Source: Trypanosoma brucei (taxonomy: Eukaryota). Taken from it: a stretch of DNA of 64,000 nucleotides. The stretch spans positions 3,104,001 through 3,168,000 of the forward strand of contig CH464491.1 in assembly GCA_000002445.1 (NCBI GenBank), read 5' to 3'. The translations under genes were made by a program, and so were the position numbers. The notes under the pieces are model-generated. The model was not told where the DNA came from and did no database searches. It saw only the letters and a list, made by a program, of their open reading frames with translations. Positions 43,296 through 53,933 of this stretch are shown one piece after another (position 1 is the first letter of the stretch; each line of letters starts with the position of its first letter).

Positions 43296-44807
43296 AGTGC
43301 TGGCCGCGGTAACGCAGTGAGATGCCCAAGGCGGTGTCGCATTCACTACTCTTGCTTCTCCCCTGGTGGAGAAGGGAGGGGTGCGTGGGCCGATGTGCTG
43401 GTTGCCGTGTGTTGGTCGTTCCATCTTTTACGAAGTGGTAATGAGCTCGCAATTCCCAATCTGGGTAGGTCAGTGCTATATGGGGTGATAATCTGAGACG
43501 CACAGGCGGTTAAAAACGTCGCCTGGCCTCCCTCCGCTTTCCCCCGCCCCCCTGCCCAGCGCGGCAGGCGCCACGCGTCTTCATCCCCACCATGAGTGGG
43601 CACCCCTCCATGGCAGCGGGATTCCAGAGCCAGCGAGGACGTAGCGGAGTACGGGTGTGCTTGGCATGAACATCACATACAGTGCGTAAAGGCGAGGTGT
43701 AACCGCGATGGCTCTTTTTTATTTTTGCCCTTCTTTCCAGGTTGCACGCCCCTTATATTGGGGATCCATTACATGGGTGGAGCTTTTTTCCGAGGTGGTA
43801 ATCGCACCGTACCATTTCTTTCGGCGTATTGAATGTGAGCATCAATAAGGAAGATTATCTATTGGGCCAAGGAACCGACATCTGCTTACTAACCTTGCAA
43901 TAACTGGAAGGGAGTCCTTCAAGTGATGAAAAATGTTACTTTGCTTCTTTCCTGTTGAAGGGCTCGCTTAGGAGTTACCTGATGCTCGTATGGCTTGGTG
44001 TCTGATTGACTGTGTTTTGTTCGCCGTTTGCCATTCACACCTCTAGTCGTGACACGTGCCGCTTTGTTCGGTGTATCTTTCATGATTTTGCCACACCATG
44101 TGATTATTGAAGACTTTGATAATATATTTGTTTGGTGTTCGGTACCTCTGTCATCTGTGTTGCATTTGCTAACTTTACCAATATGTGCATACGTGGATAC
44201 GTGCGCTTTAATTTATTCCGTGAAGTGCACCGGTTGGGTTATGGATTCCCTCTTTAACTTCCATAAGGCGGATTTCCACTCTCTTTACCACAGCACCTTT
44301 CTATTATGTATGAGACGATTTAATGCTTCCTTAATGAGTGTGAACAATGGGATCTTCTACAAGGAACAAGATAAGATGCTGTTGCGGTTGTGAAAATGTG
44401 TATCAGAGATCCGGTAGCGCTACTGGTGTGTGGCTAAGTGTACTCTCTCCATATTCCCGTGTCCAGTAATATGCTAATTATTTTATGGACACTACAACTG
44501 TCACAGCCATCTCCCAATTTGTGCCTTCTTCCTCCTTACTAGTTGCAGATTTTTCAAGTGTTTGCGATACCTAGACAAAGCATCCTGTATTAGGCTATTT
44601 TTGTAAATCATTTTTTTTCTTTTTGCTGAGGCTCGTATTGAAAGAACAACGAAAGGTAAAACAGAGGGGAGAATATAAATATTTTTGGACAACGTAATAT
44701 AGCGTTCTGTGTATATATTCAGAATAGCTATTACGTACTGCAGTGAAGACCTCTACTGCAGTCTGATATTCTTAAAGTGATACTTCGGTAAGGAATCCCA
44801 ATAAACC

Positions 44808-45173
44808 ATGGACCGGAGACTCATCGAAATGCAAGCCGTCATTACGCGGCGCGAAGCGGAGTTCCGGAAGCAAAACATGGACTTAATGACCGAGCTGATG
44901 GGTGACATGAGGAGTCAGGACAATCTGTTCGATAAGAATATGAAGGACCTGCAGTTCAGATTGAAGGGCCTGGAGAAGCAGAAGGCCGATATAATTAAAG
45001 CCGAGGATGAAGTTAAGGATAAACTGTCGAAGCTGAGTGCCGCACGCACCAAGCTTGCGGAACAGATGGCTGAAATGAAAGAGAAGATGGACGGCATTCG
45101 GAGGCAAAGGCCGAGCGGCTCGTTAACTGCGAGGGGGAAGAAACCCTCTAAGGAGCCATCTGTGGATATGTAA
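44808..45173 (+). CDS. 121-aa coiled-coil ORF (copy in A3, here on the + strand)
   Basis: Identical translation to 34597..34962 and 39799..40164. Confidence 0.3.
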   Translation: MDRRLIEMQAVITRREAEFRKQNMDLMTELMGDMRSQDNLFDKNMKDLQFRLKGLEKQKADIIKAEDEVKDKLSKLSAARTKLAEQMAEMKEKMDGIRRQRPSGSLTARGKKPSKEPSVDM

Positions 45174-45244
45174 AGTTGAGTGGAACAAGAATCGGAAAGA
45201 AGGAGATATGGGGTTTGGTAAAGGAGATGATGGTGTAAGGAATG

Positions 45245-45344
45245 NNNNNNNNNNNNNNNNNNNNNNNNNNNNNNNNNNNNNNNNNNNNNNNNNNNNNNNN
45301 NNNNNNNNNNNNNNNNNNNNNNNNNNNNNNNNNNNNNNNNNNNN
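45245..45344. other. Assembly gap (exactly 100 N) inside repeat copy A3
   Basis: Run of n characters. The sequence on both sides repeats ggggtttggt(t)aaaggagatgatg, so the gap sits in a locally duplicated or collapsed motif. Confidence 0.95.
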
Positions 45345-46905
45345 GGAAGAAGAGATTGGGGTTTGGTTAAAGGAGATGATGTGTTGTTAAGGGAATGGCA
45401 ATTGCTCTTTAATAAAGCCGCTTCTGTTCTCCTGACTATAGCAGTGCTACCGAATGATGTATGAAAGAAGAACGCACATACAAAGTAAAGAATAATTTCC
45501 TTGAGTTTTTTCTGTTGGTTTGGGGGGTTGCTGTCACATCCGCCGCACTCTGCATTAACGTAGGAAGGCTTAGCAGCGTGGCTGTATGATAGTCCCGCCT
45601 CTCATCCCTTTCTTTGTTTGTTAAATGANATTGATGGGGATCTTAGGGTGCAAAGCGTCTTAATTGGGCAGTTGTTGTGCGCGTTATGTGTCGTTAATAC
45701 TTCCAACCACCGCCCCCCTCCTTGGTAACTCGACGCTTGTGGCTGCGTTGTTGACTTTCTCTTTACTGTTGGTTCGGTGCTTTTCCAGAAACCGATTGCT
45801 ATCTTTATATCCCTCATGATTGTTAATGAATTTAGTTACTTCTAGTGGTAAGGATAATATTGTATTAGGGACTGTTTCAGAATCAGCAGGGCCTGCGTAT
45901 CCTTAGATGCTTAATTCCTTTATAGTGCTGGATGAAATATACCTGCCGTTAGCTGGTACACGGTTTGAAGCAGCGTGAGTGTACTACTGGTGGTGGCATG
46001 AAAGTCAACATATACGTGTGTCACACTGAGTAACTCCTGGGTTGGAAGGTGACTCGGCGCCTGTTTGGTGCTGCTGTGTCACCGGAGAGTTGATATGGTG
46101 GATGAGCGTTGTTTTGCGAAGTGTACGCCATTAATTTTTTCTGCAGATTTGTTGTGGTACCCACTGATAGTTTCTGTGACTTGGCCATATTGGGTTCCTC
46201 TGTGTCACTTACTCGTCCCACTGAATTGTTTGGTTGTTTTTATCCTGGCTCACCCACCTTCGGAGCGTCAATCTTCTTAACAGTTTGGATGCCGCTAGGG
46301 TTCACTATTGTATTTGATTTGATTCCTTATCGATCACATGCATGCCGCCGTGTATTTGCTTCCGAGTTGGATGGTAGTAGCATCCTTTAATGGCACCGAT
46401 CGTTTTCCTGCGTGACCCTGCCGAACCTCCCACTCCTACATTAGTAATTTTTGTTGGGTCGTTAATTTTACAGATCACAGGAGGAATCATATTGGCATTG
46501 GTTTTCGACCATGTATTATGCAAACGGCAAACTAAGGATTGAAACCAACTGCTCCTCTTGTGCTCGTCTCGCTAACACAAATGAATGCTCCACGAACAAT
46601 TGTGGATAGTGATGTGTGCTGTTTTGGGGTGGGCTTTGTGCTGCCTCCTTCTTTGTGTGTTGAGATACTGAGCTGTAACGAGTCCTGTATGCCTTACTAG
46701 TGTGGTGATCTCCATTTGATTTGAAAAGCCATTTATGAGTACTCCAGGTAACTCTGAGATTAGCACTTCAACTGCGTTAGGAGTGGTTTGAGTAATGTTT
46801 GAGTGCTGAAAGCAGTATTTTAAGTGTGGTGCGGACGATGCTTAAATGACGTTATTGACTGATGCAATGTGTCTGTATGTGTGTGTGTGCTCCTTGGGTT
46901 AGGGG

Positions 46906-47800
46906 TTTTAAAGTTAATCTTAGCTTTTTTTGTTCTTCCAGTTGAATGTTGTTGTTTATGTTTTTCGTGGATATAGTGTTGTTTTAAAGCGTAAGGAATT
47001 TTTTGACGATATATTTCTATTTATTATTTTAAATCTGTTGTTGGTGAATGTAGATTTTGTTTTGTTGACTTAATTTGTCTTCTTTTTTGTTTCTTTGTTC
47101 TTTTTTTTTTTTTGTGTGGTGCCTTGTAATTCTTCTTTTTTTATCTTGGTGATTTTGCATGATAATGCTTTGTGTGTGAATATTTGTTTACCGATTAGCT
47201 CATTAATGGTCATATGTGACTTATAAGTTCGTTTATTTGTGGCAGATTGTGTTATTTTTATATGGCTTTAGTTCATCTTGCTGCAGCGGTTTTTATTAGA
47301 TTAATTTTTCGATACCTGTTTGTTGACGTTAAAGTGTGTTGGTGAGTGATGGCCTCTTATCTTGGCGTGTTGCGACGCATAGTTCCATTATTACTTAGTT
47401 GTGTATAAGTGACTGCTCATCTTTTGCTAGTGGTTAATCATTGCGGATGGGGTTAAGCGAATCACGTATAATTAAAATTGAAAAATTGGTGGGAGCAGTT
47501 ACTGCACGGTGTTGCATCGTTGTTTGGTGTGTGTGTGTGGTGTTGCTGCCGTAACATGCAGCAAAAATCTCGGTACTGAATGCCTTTGTTTTGCATGCTA
47601 CAGTGCTTTGGCAACGAAATTCACCGCCTCCGTAACTTCGATGTACGGGGTGCTTGTGATTTGTTGCTAGTGCCTGTGTTTGAAGAGTGAAAGATATTTT
47701 CTATACCTAAAAGAAGTTGACATGAAAGGGTCTTGGCAAATGAATGGTGGCTCAATGAAACATAAAAAAGAGAGGGGTCTTTAAAAAAAAAAAAAAAGAA
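46906..47800 (+). repeat. ~0.9 kb G/T-rich low-complexity tract flanking the inverted copy (compositional mirror of the 38200-38987 A/C-rich tract)
   Basis: Direct reading: T/G-rich with poly-T runs (..ttgttcttttttttttttttgtgtggtgcc..). Not an exact reverse complement of the left tract but the same motif flavour, consistent with diverged outer palindrome arms. Confidence 0.7.
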
Positions 47801-49690
47801 CGCGCCTCTACGGTTCGCCAATATTAGTAAATGCCTTTAACTCTTCGCGTTGTATTCAGCTCGTGTTGGAGGCGTGCAAGCGTATCCTTGGTGTTGTTTA
47901 ATTCATATGTGCTCTGTGGAAGTGATGGCCTCCTAAATGTGGTACCAGAGACGGCAGTACTGCTCACATGGAGAACTGTGTTGTGTTTTGGTTGAGGTAT
48001 GTGGTGCAGCACAAGGATGAGTCGCTCTGTGCCGAGGCGCCGCTTTTCTACCTTGTCGGTGCGTGGCCGCGTGCAAATGGGCTGTCAGCACTATCCCTCC
48101 CAATGAAATTGTTATCGGTGCGAGATGGGATGTCCCTGGAGCCATGTGATGGATCCTTGAAAGCAGTCTGTAGAGCTGATTAGTTGGAAACCAAGTAGAT
48201 GAAGTCAAGTGTTTGGCGCATTCATCTTCGGTTAGCGGTATGCATCGAAACAACTTTTTTTCGTGAAGCGGAGGTCGTGGGGCTAAAGGGTAGCCAACCT
48301 CCACATCCCTGTTCATGTTGCTTTGTATGGCGCGTCCACCGAAAAGGCAAATGGCTGAAGGTAATCATATACGGAAATAGAGCAACACACTCTTTGACAG
48401 AAGGTGTTCGGCACTACTCTCCGAGCAGCAGGGGCACATGGTTCGTACAGGTTCGGGTGACGCAACTGACGGCTGAAAGTATAGCGACAGGCACTACATT
48501 CTGTTCTCCACCTGAACACTTTGGGCGAGCAGATGTTTCCCCGGACATTTTCACTTCTTGTGGCAGAGAGGTTGAATCGTTTGCATACCGTCTGCAAAAT
48601 GACATCTACCCCGGCATTGGCGTTTGTTTTGCAACCCACGGTGGGACATGCATGGCATGTCACCAACTTCTGAGAACGAGGCTCCTGATCATTCAGAATA
48701 CCTTCTGGGAATGAGAATGCACGACATATTATCCAGGAGGAAATCAAGAGCGGGTATCTTCGTGTTGTCCAAGCGGTCGGATCAAGGGTTGGCATGCTAT
48801 TTCGCCGCGATGCCACGCACACTGAATGCGAACAGGGCTTGTGACCTTGTTGTCTGTAATCTGATCACCTTTCCGTCATCGAGACTGCCTTGTCACCGGG
48901 CCTGCAAGGTTACTGAAGGGAGGAGGGTTTGGATTCTCAACGAGGCATGAGCAGGCTTTTCCTGATTGAAAATAGCCAGCGGCGATGATAAATTCTGATT
49001 TCCTAGGCATCCACCCTTTGATCCATCACGTTCCGGAGCGTCTGGTCCGGATGAAGGTTTGACCATTCAATTTCTTCCGTTATTCTTGTTTTGCTCATGG
49101 CAGAAGTTTTGCCGCGCGGTGTTTCCATTTTTTTTTTTCTTTTGCATTCCAGCTCCCGTCAAGTCAGTTTTACCTGACTCCAGTTTCCACCAACCCTCGC
49201 ACTACCTTTCGGCGGAGTAACCCTATGATCGGTGTTGTGCGCGTGCCCATAGCAGGGCGATGCAATGAGCGCCTCCTCGCTCGGCCATCGAAGGAGGTCC
49301 CTAAAAGTTATCAAGAAGAAAAGAAAGCACCGAATGGTAGCGTTTTGCTGTACCACGTTTTTAAGATGACATAGTTCGGTAGCAAAATTTGTGACGAAAA
49401 TGAACACACACACACACACGTATATATATATATACTCTCAAGCTAAGGTAGTTTGAGACTTGCTTTGGTTAGGCCGTTTTTTGTGCTGTCGGGAGACTTT
49501 TCCCCCCTGGAAACCTTTCCCTGTTAAGCGCCGGTGAGGGTGGTTACAGCCACAGCGCCGCGTGTGACAAGCATGATGATTAAGCACCCCTCGGAAGAAA
49601 CCCTTTATCCCTTGATGTAGGAAAATCCACTCGGCACGTGTTCGCCTTCGAGTTTTTGCCAGCTTAGACCATTCTAAGGTTTGGCTTTCT

Positions 49691-50680
49691 TCATCTGCGT
49701 GGGCCAGTTTTGAGACACCGCTGATTCCATTCCAAGAAGCGCCGTTCGCACCGCGTTGTGCAAATGGTTACTTTTTTGCTGGCGGTAAGTGGCACCTCGG
49801 GGAGAAACTGCCGGTATAAAGAAAGGCTTAGGTTGGCCAGCGTAAGTGAGCCTAGTTCCACGCTAGCTTCCATCAGTAGTTCAGCAGCTACAGACCCGCG
49901 TTTTTCGTAGCTTCCGGGTAGAGACAGTCCGCAGTCTGCTCCGCCTCCTGTGATGCAGTCTTCCATAACAAAAGTTGCTTGTGAAGAAGCTATATCTCCC
50001 ATAGCCAAACAAAGCCCCAAACCGCGCAGGAAAGGCACCCAGTTCTCGTTGCTCACCCCCTTCGCACGGCATTTCTGCACGACGGAACGGTCATCCCCGT
50101 CGTACTCGCCAAGAAGGTCCACAAGCAGCCTTAGCAGAACGTCCGACCGCTCCTCTCCAAAAAACAACTTGAACTTTTCCGGATGTCGCATGACACTTAT
50201 GGGATGAACGAAAAATTGTGATGGTTTGACGTTTGGGGCGATGGCACCGTGCAACACCGCTCTTTCAAAGATTAAGCGACTCTCAAACAGGCAGTAGGCG
50301 TAAACGTGGGGGTGATACGGCAGTGAAATCAGCCTTACTGCTTCGGTTGTGGAGTAACCACAGGGCGGTGCTGTGTCAGAAGAAAATGGCAGGTGCATAG
50401 ACAAGAGGTCATTATCCTCAGAAGCACTCGATGCCTTTTTCCGTTCGGCACCGAATGTCCTTTCAACCCATGACCCTCGGTTGCACTTCTGTGTGAACTG
50501 ACAAAGCGGGCGACAAACTTTCATTAAATACTTTACCTTACTTTGTTGTAAAAGCAGCTGGGGGTGGGTGGTTGAGGTGCTCGACATGTGGTATTTGAAG
50601 GAAGGGGAAACATGGGTAGGGTTGAGAGTGCTCCCAACAGTGGCTGCGCCGGCTTTGAGACTAATCGGTGACAGTGGCAA
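49691..50680 (-). CDS. Hypothetical protein (329 aa) on the minus strand; the only candidate minus-strand gene in the window
   Basis: Long ORF with non-repetitive, protein-like composition (..CRPLCQFTQKCNRGSWVERTFGAERKK..HPHVYAYCLFESRLIFERAVLHGAIAPNVKP..). The only long opposite-strand ORF is 85 aa. No family recognised. Confidence 0.4.
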   Translation of the reverse strand: MPLSPISLKAGAATVGSTLNPTHVSPSFKYHMSSTSTTHPQLLLQQSKVKYLMKVCRPLCQFTQKCNRGSWVERTFGAERKKASSASEDNDLLSMHLPFSSDTAPPCGYSTTEAVRLISLPYHPHVYAYCLFESRLIFERAVLHGAIAPNVKPSQFFVHPISVMRHPEKFKLFFGEERSDVLLRLLVDLLGEYDGDDRSVVQKCRAKGVSNENWVPFLRGLGLCLAMGDIASSQATFVMEDCITGGGADCGLSLPGSYEKRGSVAAELLMEASVELGSLTLANLSLSLYRQFLPEVPLTASKKVTICTTRCERRFLEWNQRCLKTGPRR

Positions 50681-51686
50681 CTAAAAGCGTTCTGAGTGAA
50701 CAGAGCTGTGACCGGCTTCCACGAGGTTGTCCCTTTAGATCTCAAGGTGGGCTGCGCGGCCGCCCCCGTGGCGGGTTTCTGCTTCTTTTTTTTTTCCGCG
50801 GCCCCCCGGCATCAAAAAGAAATAGAAAAACAAAGCAGAAACGGGGGAAAATGACGAGACCCGGGTGCTTTAATTCCCTTTTCGCTTTGTTGTGCTTTGC
50901 TGCGAACCGCTTGCACTGAGGAATGGGCCCCTGGTGGCACGTCAACACTTGACCTTTCGGGCTGAATTTGTTGAAACCGTAGAAGGTTGCGGTTTGCTGC
51001 ATTTTCAGCACGTTTTCTGTCCTGCGGTAGCACCTCCCGCGTCGGGTGTTGCGGCTTCGCCCCGAACAGCTTGTGTGGTGGTCGGTTGGCCACATCCTGT
51101 GGGATACCACCGATTGGGGCCGTTGTTCCTTCGTCTGGTTTGCAGCACCAGCGTCGTCGGTGAAGGGTGGTGGCGTTACTCGTTCTAATCGGCTTCTCTG
51201 GATTTCTGAAGTTCTGTCGCTCCATGCCTTTGAGAGCATAATATGGTGTCAGGCGGGGGGGGGGGGCTCCCAGTTTGAGTGAAGCTGGTCCTGCTCCCCT
51301 CCCCTGGAGGTTGCTTCCCCTTCCGCCGATATTGAGCAGGGATCTGCGTGAAAAATCCTACCCATGATTGTGGGTGTGGGACTGACTGCTTGGTCAAGCG
51401 TCTTTTTCTTTCGTATAGATTTGAAAAAAAATGTTGTTGGCGTCCTGGGTGTGGTCGTGGTTCAGTAACCATTTTCTTTTCTTTTTCTTGCGCTCGAGCA
51501 AACACAAATATTATCGACGCCGACTGCCTAACTAGGTTAGTCGTGAGCCATTGTTGAAATTTATACCGTTAAATCCGGGCGGAATAGACGGTAAAGGGTG
51601 ACGAAAAAAGGGGGAAAAAGAGCATCTCAAGTTATATGACATTAGCTACTCAGCTATTAGTACTTGGAGTCATCGACTAGGGTGAA
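50681..51686. promoter_or_regulatory. Putative divergent strand-switch region (possible Pol II transcription start zone) between the minus-strand ORF and the downstream + gene block; contains a G12 run at 51255-51266
   Basis: Gene polarity flips here if 49691..50680(-) is genuine. There are G-rich and C-rich homopolymer tracts (ccgcccccgtggcggg at ~50760; aggcgggggggggggggctcc at 51251). Kinetoplastid divergent SSRs are known transcription start regions. Confidence 0.3.
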
Positions 51687-52370
51687 ATGGTGGACGAGCT
51701 TCCACCAGTACTGTCTGGAGTTGGCACAACGGACTCGGTACCGCGTGTAAACGAGCACGAGCCTACAAGTCCTTCTGTGGATTTTGAAGGGCAAGAGATG
51801 CTACTGGAGCCGGGAACCTCCACGATCAACGATGAAAGTAATTCAGCTCTGTTCTGTGGTGCGGGCGACCCTAAAGAATTACAAGCCGAGCCGAGGGATT
51901 CTAGGGACAGGACGGGAATAGTATCGAGACAACTTATCACTCCGCAACAACAACAACAACTGGGAATATCTACCTGCAGTAGAAAGAGTTTGGAGCAAAA
52001 GATAAGTATTCTAGAGGCAACCATAGCTACTCAGAAGAAGGAAATCATTCTACTACAAAGGCAGCTTCAGTCTAGGTCGACGGGGGCGACTGACCATCGT
52101 CTTGCAAATGCTCTAAAAGAGATTGCTGCCCTGAAGGAGGCATTAAATCATGCAAATGGGAAAGCTGAAAGTGAGCGCGAACCTGCAGCTTTGCAGATGC
52201 AGGCTACGATTGAGAGGCTCTCCACCGAAAGAAATGAGTTGATGAACTGCTTGCGGAAGCAAAACAAACTAATAGAGGCGTTAAAACGGCAAAAAGTACA
52301 CCTGGAATCGGCTACACTCCTCAATATAATGGAAAAAGAGATTGAAAAATACTTTGAATTAGCTCGATGA
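51687..52370 (+). CDS. Hypothetical coiled-coil protein (227 aa)
   Basis: C-terminal half is heptad/charged-rich (KISILEATIATQKKEIILLQRQLQ...ALKEIAALKEALNHANGKAESERE..). First + strand ORF after the putative switch. Confidence 0.45.
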   Translation: MVDELPPVLSGVGTTDSVPRVNEHEPTSPSVDFEGQEMLLEPGTSTINDESNSALFCGAGDPKELQAEPRDSRDRTGIVSRQLITPQQQQQLGISTCSRKSLEQKISILEATIATQKKEIILLQRQLQSRSTGATDHRLANALKEIAALKEALNHANGKAESEREPAALQMQATIERLSTERNELMNCLRKQNKLIEALKRQKVHLESATLLNIMEKEIEKYFELAR

Positions 52371-52532
52371 ATTACTCTGTAAATCTCTTTTTTTTTTTGT
52401 AGTTGTGACACTGCCCACAGACTTCCCGCCTTTATGTGTCTTGTCAAACGTGGGTTACCACAAAATGGTGGCGGTGGCGGCGAATTCGTTCTTTGTTGTT
52501 CTACTTTTTTCAAAAGAAAGTGTTGCGTAAGT

Positions 52533-53603
52533 ATGGCTTGTGTAACCGGTGACGACACTGGATTGGTAAAAGTTTGGAACATCTCGAAGAGTACTGGGGC
52601 CACGTTGTCTTTTTCATATGGTGAACAAAGCAGAAAAAGAGGTATTGCCGGTATGTGTTGGGTGGACAGCTCGACAACAAGGGTTGCCTTTTCTATGAAT
52701 GATGGAGTTCTTTCAATATTGGATCTGAGCGAACGCGCTGTTACTTTATCGAAGAAAGTCGGTGTATTTTCCGCTTTGTCGAACAGTTTGTGTTCGTACA
52801 AAGGGAAAATTCTCGTCGCGTCTGGTAGTGGAAAAGTTTTATTAACAACTCCGGTTCTAGAGGCAGCAGACACTATCGAATGCGGTGGTCCCGTTGAGGC
52901 ATTTCACTTCCACCGCAGGTATGGTATGTGGTCCATGGGAGGGAAGGGGAACGACATGTGCGTTTACGACCTTAATTCGCAGGATGTTGGGACGCCTGTG
53001 TTTCGTGCGCAGAATGTGAGGGATCATGTTTTAGATGTACCGTATCCTGTATATGTAACAGGGACGTGTGTAATTAACCCATTCGTATTTTGCACAACCA
53101 CTGCATATCACCAGGTGCGTTTTTACGACCGTCGAAGTAGCGAGAGACCGATACAAGAGTTTGAAATTAGTCGAGAGATCGAGCGAAGGCCAACAACTCT
53201 TTTACAGTGGAACTGCAACAAATTTCTTATTGGTGAAGCGAGTGGTGATGTTCATTTGTATGATACCAGACGGGGGTTCGCATCGAGAGCCAAGTTGCGT
53301 GGAGGCGTTGGGAGCGTTCGGAGCATGGCCAAGCACCCATCTGGACACCAGATTCTTGCCGTTGCTGGTTTGGACAGAAAGGCGCGGTTATACCACGTTC
53401 CGACAGGGAAGCTTCTTATGACAATGTACACGAAGCAAAGGACTACGAGTGTTCTCCTTGACAAGGGAATACCACTCAAAGATAATACAGCAGTGTACAG
53501 TAACGTGGCAAATTCTAAACAGCCCAGTAAGTTGAACGGCATCGGCGACGAGGTTTGGGACAACATGGATCCTGTTGTCGATGATATCAACTGGCAGCAG
53601 TAA
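52533..53603 (+). CDS. WD40-repeat protein
   Basis: ORF 52434..53603; from Met 52533 (MACVTGDDTGLVKVWN..) there are repeated WD-like blades (..SILDLSE.., ..HLYDTRRG.., ..LAVAGLDRKARLYHV..). Confidence 0.7.
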   Translation: MACVTGDDTGLVKVWNISKSTGATLSFSYGEQSRKRGIAGMCWVDSSTTRVAFSMNDGVLSILDLSERAVTLSKKVGVFSALSNSLCSYKGKILVASGSGKVLLTTPVLEAADTIECGGPVEAFHFHRRYGMWSMGGKGNDMCVYDLNSQDVGTPVFRAQNVRDHVLDVPYPVYVTGTCVINPFVFCTTTAYHQVRFYDRRSSERPIQEFEISREIERRPTTLLQWNCNKFLIGEASGDVHLYDTRRGFASRAKLRGGVGSVRSMAKHPSGHQILAVAGLDRKARLYHVPTGKLLMTMYTKQRTTSVLLDKGIPLKDNTAVYSNVANSKQPSKLNGIGDEVWDNMDPVVDDINWQQ

Positions 53604-53933
53604 CCCGTAAAACCCAGGAAAATGTTTGGGAATATGTATCTGTTTCTCTGATCGGGAAGGCAGGTAATATGATACTGTACCAAGCGGAGGTAAGTTAAAC
53701 ATCGTTTAAACGTTTTTTTTTGTATTTGGGTCGTTGCATCGTAAAGAGAATTTATTCCCTGCCGAGGGAAGTGGTAAATGGTGCAGTTCACAGTTCTGTA
53801 TACAATGCTTATGTGCCTTTTAAAACGTTGTGTACAAGTGTATGTAATGTCTTTGTTATCTTGCCGTATCAAATTTCTGCCTATTTATTTATTTTGTCCC
53901 CTTTCCAACTCAGAAGGTATTAAACAAGCAAAA

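Larger units (their letters stand above)
43296..46905 (-). repeat. Repeat unit copy A3 (inverted orientation, full length). Right arm of the palindrome; contains a 100-N gap
   Basis: Reverse complement matches A2 over 41668->38988 and A1 over 35900->33013. The outer end (46861-46905) is the reverse complement of A1 33016-33060, including the cacacacaca and ccctaaccc motifs. Confidence 0.9.

Noticed and set aside
45208-45390. 60-aa ORF whose translation contains a run of X
   Set aside because: It spans the 100-N assembly gap, an artefact of translating through Ns.
48199-48822. Mutually antisense ORFs of 171 aa (+) and 169 aa (-) in the region right of the palindrome
   Set aside because: Each overlaps the other almost completely. 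Neither has recognisable motifs or flanking signals, so they are most likely chance ORFs in a gene-free interval.
52148-52873. 241-aa minus-strand ORF overlapping the 3' end of the coiled-coil gene and the 5' end of the WD40 gene
   Set aside because: It overlaps two same-strand + genes and the intergenic pyrimidine tract. It is protein-like only by chance composition and lacks a plausible acceptor context.
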